Assembly: GCA_050613775.1 (NCBI GenBank)
Contig: JBODTK010000012.1
Location: forward strand, 434,001 to 498,000
Origin: Neocallimastix sp. 'constans'
Lineage: Eukaryota
Length of the DNA: 64,000 bases
Reading direction: 5' to 3'
Positions 1-13,762 of the stretch are shown here, one piece after another. The notes beneath the pieces are model-generated. The model was not told the origin of the DNA. It saw only the letters and a list, made by a program, of their open reading frames with translations, and did no database searches. The translations under genes were made by a program, and so were the position numbers. Numbering within the stretch: position 1 is the stretch's first letter; each line of letters opens with the position of its first letter.

Positions 1-3000
1 CCTTCATAGTAGTTAAAGAGGATACTGCACACATCCAAATACGAGTTTTATAAACCTTGAAAAGATCACGTACTAATTCACGGAAATCAATACGTCTTTC
101 AGAAACAAAATAGAAAGTTAACTTTCTTCTATCCCATTGATATTCAGCATCAACAACTTCCATTGGCATATTTCTTTGTCTAACCTTTTGTTGACAGAGA
201 AGCATAGAACTGTTTTCATCTGTATTCTTTTGAACTAACATATTAACTTCAGCTGGTTGAGCCATACGATAAATACGCTTTGGATGAATATCTTTTGGGA
301 ATTGTAAATTTTCTTCATTCACCTTTCCTTCATCACCTTCAGTAGTTGTAATAGTTGCATCGGTCTTTTCATCACCTGTTTTTTCCTTATTATCTTCCTT
401 TTTATCTTCTTCCTTTGTAATAGATTCTTTACCATCTTCGGCGGAGGTAGTATTAGCCTCATCTTTTTTGACTTCATCTTCAGCAGTTTTTTCTTTACTA
501 TCAGTAGTGGTTTTATCTGATGTTTTGTCTCCTTCAGTAGTACCAGTAGCACTGGCATCTCCAGCACCTTCTGATTTTGGCCAAGTAATAGGAATATTTG
601 GAACATTATTATTATTCATATCATCATCAATAATTAAGTGACGTGGATTACCACGTTCAGCATGATAGGCAACTAATTGAGCTAAATTCTTAATATTGTT
701 AACAATAACTTTACCAAGATCCTTACCACGATCAGCTTCAACAATAACCAAATCACCAATTTTTATAGTTAAACCACTATTTTCTGGAACATAGAAGTAA
801 TCGGTACGACCAGCCTTGAATTCAATGACATAAAGTGGCCAATGGTAAACATTTTGTTGCATTTGATGTAAATTCTTACCAGCTTCAACCCATGCACGAG
901 TTCTGTATTCAGTATTTTCAAAGTAATCATTAATGTCATTAATATACATATTATCACTATTCATCATCATACCATGACCACGGTTGTAATGTTGCATCAT
1001 CATCATATCATTCATACCATTATTATTCATTCCCATGTTCATACCAATATTCATACCCATTGGCATATTCTGATACATTCCTGGCATCATATTATTCATA
1101 CTCATACCACTATTTCTTCTCATATTAAATTGTTGTTGCATCATAAAGTCCATATCATTATTACCATTAAAGTTTTGATCAAAAGTTGGAGTATACATTG
1201 GTTGATTCATACCATTTTGATTACCATTATATATATTATTATTAAAGAAACGATTTCTTCTCTGTTGTTGACTATTTTGGACTTGTGCCATTCTATTGTT
1301 ACCATTCATACCTTGAGGTAAAAAGTCATTTGGACCATTAGGTTGCATCATACTACTATTCATTGCACCTAAAGCTTGTGGTTGTATTTGGTTTGGTTGT
1401 GGTGGTTGTGTTTGTGCTTGCTGAGATTGTTGACCATTCATATTCATGCCTGGCATAAAGTTATTTTGAGTAGAAAATACCTGATCATTGCTACTCAACG
1501 GACCAGTTGATGTACTAACATTATTAGTATTCCATAATGGGTAAACAGGTTGTGTATTTGAACGTTTATGAGCAAGTGCTTGATTTTCTGTGGTACTACG
1601 GAATGGCGATGAAGTGGTACTAGTAATACCAGTATTATTAGTCCATTGATTAGAAAGTATATTTACATTATTCATGCCAGTAGTGGTATTAGAATCAGCT
1701 ATAGTAGATGGTATATTCATATTAGAAAACATTAATTTATTTTGTTGTTGTTGAGTAAGTAATGAAGAATTATTATTAAGAGTAGATGGAGGAAGAGTGG
1801 TTGTCGGTGTAGTTAATAAAGAAGATGTATTTATGGTGGAGGATTCATTTGTTGAAAACATAAATCCATTATTGTTATTCAATTGAGAAGTTGGAGTAAC
1901 AGAAGAAGTTGTCATAATAGACGATAAACCATTACCATTACTATTACCACTTTGTAATGGAGATAAAAGAGTACTTTTAGATTGTAAATCAGTAGTGGAA
2001 GTTGATGTGGTATTATTTAATACACTTGAAAATAGATCTATATTATTATTGTTAAGGAAGGCAGAAGACAAATTATTATTTGTGGCACCCATAACATAAT
2101 TATTTAAATTCTTTTGTGAATGATATCTTTGATGATTATTTTGGAAGTTACTATTCATATTATAATTATTCATAATACCAAAGGTATCTGAAGAAGATTT
2201 TGAACGAGATCTAAATTTACTATTACCAAAACTATCCAAACCACCTAATCCTGAAGATTTACTATTATCTATAAGTTCACTTAATTTATCTAAATCACCA
2301 TTAACTTCATCAGCCTCATCAATTCTATTTTCATTTAAATTTAAACGTTGTAATCTTTCATTTTCTATTTCATCTTTTTCAGATAATGGAAATTGTGAAG
2401 TTAATGCTGCTGCTGCTGTTGCAGCTGAATTTAAATTATTTCCATAATTTTCATTCATTGGACCTAAAGCGCCAACTGAAACAGAGAAACTTCTATATTG
2501 TCTTGGTGGAGGTTGCTGAATACCTGATGAATTTGTACTACCAAAATTTGCAAAAAGATCATTTCTACCAGTACTAGCTGCAGAATTCAATAATGACGAT
2601 GATGGACCTCCTAATCCTGATGTCATTGAATAATTACTTTTCCAAATAGATGAACCTCCAGACCAGGAACTAGCTAAAGAATCCCACTGACTTGATGATA
2701 AATTTTGACCTGGTAAATTTTGAGGAATATTAACACCTTTATTAGAAGGTGTTTGAGTTAATAAAGATAAATTTTCTATTAATTAAAAATCATAAAATAT
2801 TGTTTAATTTTTTTAAAAATGAAAAAAAATTATTGAACGTTATCCATATATTTTTTTGTAAATGATTATAAATAAAATTAATAATTATTTTTTATGGTTA
2901 ATATTTATTTTTTTTTAAATATCGATAAATATAATTCATTTAAATAATTATTTTTTGTTAATTTGATTTAAATGTTTTACAAATAAAATCCATATCATAT

Positions 3001-3473
3001 TTTTGGTTTATTTTTTTAAATGAATAATAAATAAAAGCATATAGTTTTTAGTTTATTTTTTTTTAAAATTTTTATGAATAAAATTCATATAATTTTTGGT
3101 TAATTTTTTTAAATATTTTATAAAATAGACATAATAATAAGTTATATATATTAAAGTAAAAAATATTTAAAAAGTATATTTTTTATATTTATTAAATATA
3201 TATATATCATTAATAACAAATATATAAAAGTATAATTAATATTGAATTAGTATCACTTTTTATTTAATACTAAATATTGATATATTAATATTAAACATGA
3301 ATCAAACCTGCTGTATCTTCTTTGATTGATGGCACGCCACTATTTCTAAGATTCTGTGACATCATTGAACTACCATTAGTTGCAGTGTAACCAAGTGTAC
3401 CAGTTAAAGATGGTCTTCTTTGTGGACTACCAACAGCTTTCCATTGTTCATCTAATAAATCAGATAATTGCAT
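1..3473 (-). CDS. PSP1: PSP1-family protein (PSP1 C-terminal domain, long N/S/Q-rich N-terminus); exons 3473-3308 and 2775-<1; 3' end outside window
   Basis: Manual translation of the minus strand gives LYVIEFKAGRTDYFYV...IGDLVIVEADRGKDLGKV and EYQWDRRKLTFYFVSERRIDFRELVRDLFKVYKTRIWM, typical PSP1 motifs. GT-AG intron 3307-2776 (phase 1, G|AA=Glu) keeps the frame to position 1. The long exon is absent from the ORF track because it has no stop inside the window. Confidence 0.9.
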
Positions 3474-4687
3474 AATATAATAGATATATATATAATATAT
3501 ACTTTAATAATAATCAACTATAAATAAAAAAAAATTTTTTTTCTTTATTAAAAAGTTGTAATGGATCATAATAAATTTTATTATATATTAAATTTTGCAT
3601 CTTCCAATTTCAAAAAAAAAATTAATTATAATTTCAAATTATAGTTTAATTAAATTTTGTGAGATGTGATTGGCAAATTAAACTATTTACTAAATTGGTT
3701 TATATTCTAATTTAATAAATTAACCATAGTTTTTTTATATAATTTCATCACTTTAATTAATATTTTTTAGTGTTTAAAAATTTTAATTTTTATCAAATTT
3801 TTAAAAATTAATAATGCTAGAATTCTATTATATTATTTAGTTTATATTAGTAATATAATTTAATTATATTCTAATATGTTGACAGATTTAATTAATTAAC
3901 GATAAATGATTAATATATATTTACTTCTGGAAATTGTTTTTTTTTAATAAAACTGTTACTAATATAATACGTTTTTACTATAATATATTACATTTTTTAA
4001 TAATTATAATAACTATTATAGTTAAAATTAAATTATTACTTTATATTTATTATATTATAATTATTATTTATTATTTTTTATCATTTATTTATTGTTTATT
4101 ATTTATTTTATTAATTTATTATTTATTATTCTACTCATATTTATATTTTATTTACTATTTATTGATATAATTATTATTTTATATTGTAGTAATTATTCAT
4201 TATTTATTTATTTACTTATTTAATAACGATTATTATCAAAATAATTTATTTACTATTTATCTAACCATGATTTATTTGATTCTTTAGTTAAAATTTATTT
4301 CAACATAGAGATTCTCATTGATAAATAAATAAACTATTAATAATAAATTTATTTTAAAATAGCTTTTTTTATTTATTCAATCTATCAAAATATTATTTAC
4401 TTCTATTTTTACTAATTTTTACTATTTTTACTAAATTTTTACTGTAATTATTATACATTTAATAAAATTATTATAGTTTAAGTTTTTCATATTGCTAATT
4501 TTTTAATATCAAATAATCAATTCAATTATTTAATAATAAAATAATTATAAGCAACTTCGCTTTTTAAATTATTATTACATCCTATTAAAGAAATTTATTA
4601 TCTTAGTCATCCCGTTCTAATCTATTATATTCTTATTAATCAACTAATTCTTATTTTTAAAAAAAAAAACTAAATAAAATTCCTTAC

Positions 4688-4880
4688 CATCATTACCCCA
4701 AATATTCTTATTTTGACTATAAAGAATATGTGGCACAGAACCTCTTCTAAGTTGTTGTTGTGATTCACTTCCATTGAGCATATCCATCGTTTTACTTGAT
4801 GTATACTCTACCGACATTCTTCGGTATTTATTAAAGTCATTTATATCAACCATAGAGTATCTGTTTCTATTTGGTTGTTC
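4688..4880 (-). CDS. Probable upstream/alternative exon of the PSP1 gene
   Basis: Bounded by a ttaaacAG acceptor (4882-4881) and a G|GTAAG donor (4687). Reads EQPNRNRYSMVDINDFNKYRRMSVE...RRGSVP...WGND. Its phase-1 donor fits the 2775 acceptor. Confidence 0.6.
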
Positions 4881-6667
4881 CTGTTTAAATATTTATATAC
4901 TACAATATTATTTTTTTTAATTAAAAATATATTTTTAAGTTAATACTTCAATAATAATAATTATATATTAATTAAAAAATAAATATTTTATCTTTTTCTT
5001 CAAAAATATTATTTATATTTTTTCTTTCATCGTATATATTTTTAATCTATTATATTTTTCTTATTTAATTGAATTAAATAAACTTTGTTTATATTAATAT
5101 GTTTATATATATATTTCTATATATATTCAATAAATGGATATTAACACTTTTGTGTAAATTTTTTTATTTTTCAATTTTTTTTAATAAAAAAAATATTTAT
5201 TTTTGTTAATATGTTTGTATTTTTTTATTTGTTTTAATTTTTAAATATATTATTTATCCTTTATATATATTATATTTATATTTCGTATTTTACGTATAAC
5301 TTTTTAATATGAGATTATTCAAGATCTAATTATTTATTGATATTTAATATTGAAATGTAAAATTTCTTTTTCTATTATATTGTCATTTACGAAATTATTA
5401 TTATATTTTTCAGTTATATTTATTTTCCCTTACTTTTTATATTGTTTGATTGTTCTTAAAAGGTGCTAAAAAAAAAAAAAAAAAAGAAAATTATAAATTA
5501 AAATAAATTATATATTTATTTTTTATATCAATTTTATTCCTTATTCTTTAACTTTTTTATTATTATTATTATTTCTTTTTTCTTTTTTTTTTTTTTCTTT
5601 TTAAATCTCACTTATTTGAAAAAAATAATAATAATAATAAACAATTCTATTTAAATTATTTTCTAATTATTAATTAAAAATAAAAAAAAATAAAAATAAA
5701 AAGAATTAAAAATTATTATAATAATAAAATAAAAAAAAAAGAAATAAATTTCCTTAATAAAATAAAAAATGAAAAAAATGAAAGAAAGAAAAATCAGTGA
5801 AAAATATTTAATTTTTTTAAATAATTTTTTTATATAAATATTTTAATAAAAACAATAATAGGTAATTTATATTAATTTATACATTATTATTATTTACTAT
5901 TTATTATTTATTATTTAATTTTACTATTAATTATATTATTATTTTGAAAGTATTATTATTTATTAGTGATTAATTATTAGTAGTAATATTATTAGTATTA
6001 TTAATTTAATATGGTTAATTATTTAATATTATTATTATTATATAATTATTTGTTATTATTCATTTAATTATTAACAATTAATATATAATAAATTTTTTTA
6101 ATTTGAAAAAAAATTTTTTTCATCATAATTATATTATACCATATATTTTAATATATGGTTGAATTATATTAAAATTGTATTAAGTATTAAAATTTGTCAT
6201 TCATTTTAAGCTTAAATAATAATGAAAAAAGTTAATTAAGCTATATTTATATTTATTTACTATTTATTTATTTATTATTTATTTATTTATTATTTATTTA
6301 TTTATTTACTATTTATTTATTTATTATTTATTTATTTATTATTTATTTATTTATTATTTATTTATTTATTTACTATTTATTTATTTACTATTTATTTATT
6401 TATTTATTTTATTGTATTGAATAAACCATTTTAATTTGTATAAATTTATTTATATTGCAATATATGGGTCATTCAAATGATTAAATGAAAACCCTCTTTT
6501 TTATTATTTTTTTAATTATTTTAATTATATATAATATCACTCAAATTTTTATATATTGTAATTTAATCTCTTTTAAATTAATAAAGAACTAAAAAGAAAT
6601 TACTTTCTAAAAATTATAATTAGTTATTATTTATTATTAATATTTATTATTAATATTTATTAATAAT

Positions 6668-7215
6668 ATTTATTATTTATTATTTATTATTTATTATTTA
6701 TTATTTATTATTTATTATTTATTATTTATTATTTATTATTTATTATTTATTATTTATTATTTATTATTTATTATTTATTATTTATTATTTATTATTTATT
6801 ATTTATTATTTATTATTTATTATTTATTATTTATTATTTATTATTTATTATTTATTATTTATTATTTATTATTTATTATTTATTATTTATTATTTATTAT
6901 TTATTATTTATTATTTATTATTTATTATTTATTATTTATTATTTATTATTTATTATTTATTATTTATTATTTATTATTTATTATTTATTATTTATTATTT
7001 ATTATTTATTATTTATTATTTATTATTTATTATTTATTATTTATTATTTATTATTTATTATTTATTATTTATTATTTATTATTTATTATTTATTATTTAT
7101 TATTTATTATTTATTATTTATTATTTATTATTTATTATTTATTATTTATTATTTATTATTTATTATTTATTATTTATTATTTATTATTTATTATTTATTA
7201 TTTATTATTTATTAG
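6668..7215. repeat. (TTTATTA)n heptamer microsatellite, ~75 near-perfect units
   Basis: Directly visible; a degenerate (TTTA)n/(TTTATTA)n tract lies at 6255-6410. Confidence 0.97.
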
Positions 7216-8985
7216 TTATTATTTATTTATTTATTATTAGTTATCAGTTATTAGTTATTAATTTCAATTTAATATTTAGTTTTAGTTATTTATTATTTAT
7301 TATTCATAAATATAAATAGGATTTATACAATAATCTTAATTGATATTCCTCTATATTAAAATATAAATTTGTATTTCACTTAAAAACTATAAATTAAGCT
7401 ATTAATAAATTTTTGAATGATCAATTTTAAATTTTTATTAATTTATTTTATTTATTCAAAAAAATTTATTCTTTTTAATAAACTTTTTGTTATTATTTAT
7501 TCATATAATATTAGCATGTATATTTTCTATTTTTGTTCGAATATCATTAAACTATTTTAATTATATTGATTCTTTTATATTATTCATCATTATAATATGC
7601 TATAATGGAGCTAAACTATTAATTATTAATCAAATTACAAAAAAAAAGCAGTCAAGTACAAGATACTAGTTTTTTGTTTTTTGTTTTTTAATTTGATATT
7701 AAATATTTAAACTCTTTTATAAAGTGTTATTTTTCAAATAATTATATAATCAATTATTTATATATATATATTTATACTTTATTATATATACACAATGTAA
7801 TTAATTCCTTCTTTTTTTTTTTTTTATTCTTTTTCTTTTTTATTATATTTTATAATAAATATTGATAATAACTCCTTTTATTATTAATAATAATAATAAT
7901 ATTATTATTATTATTTTCTTTTTTATTATTTTTAAAATTATTTTTAATTATTTTTTGTTTTAAAATAAACTTTTTATCTATATTTAAATATGATCATTTT
8001 AAATTGTTTAAAAATATTATATATTTATATTTTTTTCACCTCAAAATATATTATTTTATTATTATATCACTTTTATAATAAAAGTATTATAATTAGCAAA
8101 CAAACAAAAACAATAATAAAGAAAAGTATCATAATACTTTTAGCATTTACTTTTATATAACCAAATAACTATTTTAAAATTATATTTCAATTTCTCTGAC
8201 TAAAAATAAATAAAAGTAATTATCAATAGATATTCTGTAATTGATAATATTTATTATAAATATTGTTAATCATTGGTGATTTTCTTTATATAATATAATT
8301 TTATTCATAATAAAATAATAATGGATGAACTATTTAATTATTATTTTTATTATTATTATTATTTATTATCATTATTAATTATAATAATTATTGTTATTTT
8401 TAATTATTAATATTACTATTAATTGATCTACTTTTTATTATAATTATTATTTTATTATTAATTATAATAATTATTGTTGATTCTTATAAAAACAAGTATC
8501 AAAATGGTATTATTTATTATTTATTAATTTAATTATATATTCATATATTTATTTTTATATTTTATTTATTTAAATTATTAATTTATTTATTATTTTATTG
8601 GTTGGTTGTAATATATATTAATAATATAAAGATTTATAAATTTACACTTTTAATATATAGAAAGTCTATAAATATTTTTTTCTTTATTTCATATTTTCGT
8701 TATAATTACTATTATTTTTATTTTTATTAATATATTTGTTATTTATTTATTACTATTATTATTATGTATAAAATAATGTAGCTATTATTTAAGTTGTATA
8801 ATTTAAAGTAATATACATATACATTTAATTTTCTTTTTCTAATATATTTCAATCTCTGTATAAATTATAATAATTCTCCATTATTTAATTTTTATTTTCA
8901 ATATTATTATTAAATATTATTTTTAAATATTCTCATTTTTCTATAAACAATTTATTTGTTTCTGATGTTTTTTTTTTTTAAAGAA

Positions 8986-9043
<58 letters not shown>

Positions 9044-9901
9044 ATAATAATAATAATAATAATAATATAATATATCGTTATACAATCAATTATTGATAAG
9101 TTCGAATTAATTTTTTATTAGGGTTTATTCAAACTTCTTAACATTTATATTAGTTATTTATTATATGAAATTTATTGTATTTATTTAATTAAATTCAATT
9201 TTAGTTTTCATTTTATTATTATTTTATATTAAATACGAAACTTCACTTTTTACAATAAATTGAAAGATCATTTATATATATGTATATCTAATTTTTTTTA
9301 AATAATAATTATTATTTAAATGACTAATACATATATTGAAAATAAGAAAGAATAAATAATAAAATAAAATATAAAATTTTATATATATAAAAATATATAA
9401 TAAAAAATAATATATTATATAAATAATAATAAATAAAAAGCAGTAAAATATTTAATAAATATTTTTTATAAAGTAATCAAAAAAAATAAAAAATAAAAAC
9501 TATCATAATTATATATATAAAAATAAACTCTTCTTAAACTATAAAATTTAAATATATTTCTATATATTCTTTAATAAAAAAAAAATCAAATAAAATATAT
9601 ATATAATATATATTTTAGCTTTTTACTCTAATAATAAAGAATAAAAAAAAATATTTAAAGAAAAGTAATAGCTAAAATCAAAGATTATCAAAAATTATTA
9701 AAATAATATTATGTAATTTTTTTTAAATAATATTTAAACGACTATTTAAAAATTAATATTATAATTAAGAAAAGATTAATAAATAAAAATTAAATAAAAT
9801 AAAAAGATTTAATATTTAAAATTTACAACTATATATGTAAATATTTATTTTATAATTTATATTAAAATTATAATTTATATAATATTATCAATAAAGAATT
9901 T

Positions 9902-9932
<31 letters not shown>

Positions 9933-10934
9933 GTATCTGATAGGTTTTTTAATTAATTATTAATTCAATTATTTTAATTATACTTTATTAATAATATGAA
10001 TGGAAATTGCAAAACTATATAATATATAATTTTATTTAATATTATTTAAATTTTAAAAAAATTTTTTTCTTTTTTATTTTTCAAATAAATTAATATCTAC
10101 TATAAATTGAGTCAATATGCATATGAATATTTAAGTTTTTATATAGCAATGAAAACTAATACTGCTTTAATATTTTAAATAAAAGCACATGATACAATGT
10201 ATTACTTTTATTTAAAAGTTAATTTTAATAATTGTTTTTATATTAATTATTCTTATAGAAGTAATCTATTTATTGAATATACCACAATTAACTATTTAAT
10301 TAATTGTTATTAACTCAATTGCTTTTTTTTTTAAAAAATAAAAACGGCGTTTAATAATAATAATTAAGTATAACATCTACTACATTATATATTTTTCTTT
10401 AACTATTCATAATATATTTTATATTTAATTAGATTTTTATTAAAAATAAAAAAAAAGAAAAAAAACACTTTATAGATATATGTCATATGTTCTTTTTTAC
10501 ATTTCCTATAACTATTATTATTTAACTATTTTAGTGAACTAGTAAACTAAATATTAAATATTCAATACACTAAATTTTTTTAAAAAAAAAAAAAAAAAAC
10601 ATTCTTAATCATTCCTAAAACCAAAAAATAATAACATGTTCTAACTTTAATTAATAACATTTTAAAATAATAGTATTTTGAATATATTACTTATTTTCAG
10701 ATATAGATATAATTTTATTAAATACTCCATAAATATTATGTTGATGGAGTATATTATAATATATTTAAATATATTTAGTAAAATAAAAATTTTACTATAT
10801 TATTTCATTATTTTATTTAAAAAACTAATTTTTAATTTTGGAATAATAAAAATTTATATTATTATTTTATTACTATTCAAACAATTCAATTATATATAAA
10901 GGATTAGAATTTTAATTAAAATGAAATACTACAT

Positions 10935-11110
10935 TTATTTATTTATTTATTATTTATTATTTATTATTTATTATTTATTATTTATTATTTATCATTCATC
11001 ATTTATTATTTATTATTTATTATTTATTATTTATCATTCATCATTTATTATTTATTATTTATTATTTATTATTTATTATTTATTATTTATTATTTATTAT
11101 TTATTTATTA
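10935..11110. repeat. (TTTATTA)n array with TTTATCA/TTCATCA variants
   Basis: Directly visible; source of spurious IIYYLLF ORFs. Confidence 0.9.
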
Positions 11111-12059
11111 TCTATTATTTGTTATTTTTCATTTATTATCATATGTTATTAATTATTTTATTTAATATTTAGTATTTAATATTTATTATTTAATATTTAA
11201 CATTTAATATTTAATATTTATTATTATTTATTTATCATCAAATTTTTTAATATTTAACATTTAATATTTATTATTATTTATTTATCATCAAATTTTAATT
11301 TTATTAATTTATATTTCTCCAGTAATTTTTTTAACTGGTATATTATCTACACTCTTTTGTCAAAACTCAATAAAATAAAAATTAATAGATGCTTTAATAG
11401 TAAGAACAAAATAATACAAGGCAAAACAAAGTTTCGTAGTTAAGTCTATAAAATTAGATTATTAAATAAAGCAATTAACTATAATGACTATAGTATTTAT
11501 ATTTATCCTTTTATATATATAAATTCTATACTTCAAACAATCATAGGAATATTGAGATGGTAAAAAGTGTAACCAATAATAATATCAAAAAAAAAAGTTT
11601 GTTTATTATATTTTAGTAATTAATAAGAAAAAGTAATTTTATATAATTTGCTAATTAATTTTATATTAAAAAAAAAAGTTTACATTAATATAATTGTAAA
11701 CTTTTTTTCTTTAGGAATATTTATAAATATAAATAAATAGTAAAAGGATATAAAATATTACTATTTACTTTATATGGTTAAAAATTATCCTGTAATGTAG
11801 TTTCCTATGCTCTATATATTAATATACCGCAAGCCACATTTATTAATATACATATTAGAATAAAGATGATATAATTATATTAAAAAAGAGTGATTTATTT
11901 TAAAATTAATATATATTAATTTTCCATAAATACTTTAATATATGCATAAAAGTATATATTAAAATATTTAATATTACCTTAAAAGGAAATATTGGATTTA
12001 ACAAATACTATTATTTCTTATATCAATATCATATTAATTATTAATTAATATATAATAGA

Positions 12060-12835
12060 TAAATTAATAATAAATAATAATAATATATAATAAATAATAA
12101 TAATAAATAATTAATAATAAATAAATAATAAATAATAAATAATAAATAATAAATAATAAATAATAAATAATAAATAATAATTAATAAATAATAAATAATA
12201 ATTAATAAATAATAAATAAGTAATAAAGTAATAAATAATAAGTAATAAATAATAAATAAGTAATAAATAATAAATAATAAATAATAAATAATAAATAATA
12301 AATAAATAATAAATAATAAATAATAAATAATAAATAATAAATAATGGAATAATAAATAAATAATAAATAATGGAATAATAAATAATAAATAATAAATAAT
12401 AAATAATAAATAATGAATAATAAATAATAAATAATACATATAAATAATAATTAATAAAAATAAATAATTAATTGAATAAATAATCAATAAATATTAATAA
12501 ATAATAAATAATAAATAAATAATAAAAAATAAATAAGTAATAAATAATAAATAATAAATAATAAATAATAAATAATAAATAATAAATAAATAATAAATAA
12601 TAAATAATAAATAATAAATAATAAATAATAAATAATGGAATAATAAATAAATAATAAATAATGGAATAATAAATAAATAATAAATAATAAATAATAAATA
12701 ATGAATAATAAATAATAAATAATAAATAATAAATAATCAATAAATATTAATAAATAATAAATAATAAATAAATAATAAAAAATAAATAAGTAATAAATAA
12801 TAAATAATAAATAAGTATAAATAATAAATAATAAA
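12060..12835. repeat. (TAATAAA)n array (same heptamer, opposite orientation) with an internal duplication
   Basis: Directly visible; variant units such as taatggaat and taatcaataaatattaat recur. Confidence 0.92.
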
Positions 12836-13762
12836 TTTAAGTTTAAGATTTAAACTAATACAAATTTACATGTATTTAGATGTTTAAATTGTGGCTTGCA
12901 TATTAAATTTATTACAATATGCATAAATATATTTAACATACATTAAATATGATATTTTAATAAGTTATTTAATATGTTTTTAATAAATATGATACTTATT
13001 TCATAGGTTTCCCATATTCTAACTAATTGTTTGAATAAAATAATTTGGTTTGTCGATGAATATGTGTATTATTTCTTTAAACCAAATTTTCTTAATTCCT
13101 AATTTCTCTAATTTTAATTATATTTAAAAGAGTTTCATAAAGCAATAAATAATTTCGTTTAAGTATAATTAATCGAATAATTTAGTTAAATTTTGAGAAT
13201 TGATATAATTATTCCCTCTCAGGTTTTTTATTTTTTATATTTTTTATTTTTTTATTTTTTATATTTATTCAAAAAATAATAATTTAAAATTGAGAAAAGA
13301 AAAAAAGTAAATGGATACATTATAAGTATATAGATTTTATATTTAAATAAATGAAAAAATTAAATATAAAATAAATAATTTATTAATTTTTATTTCAATA
13401 TTTAAGGTTTATTAATATATAATAATGGTTTTTGGTAATAACAAAGATTAAAATGTTTAATAAAATTTATCTTATTAATATTATTTGTAGCTTTTTAATA
13501 ATACCATGAAATTATTTAAACAAATAAAATAATGTATTTCATATAAAACAAGATTAATTTACAGATAATAATAATAATTATTATAATTAATATAATTCTG
13601 ACTAATGTAATTATTTTCTGTAAAGTAATCATATAAAAACTAAAATGAAAATGTAAATAAAATGTAAGGAGTGATAGACTATAAAAAGAATTCCCATCCG
13701 AGAATATCCTTTTATTGCTATGATTACACATAAAATATTATAAAAAAAAAAAAAAATAGAAT

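Noticed and set aside
319..2577. Short ORFs 319-606, 769-957, 974-1321 (His-rich) and 2386-2577
   Set aside because: Alternative-frame or antisense shadows of the PSP1 exon.
10678..12740. Hydrophobic IIYYLLF ORFs (also 3934-4170, 40484-40709, 46629-46901)
   Set aside because: Translations of TTTATTA satellites and low-complexity AT DNA.
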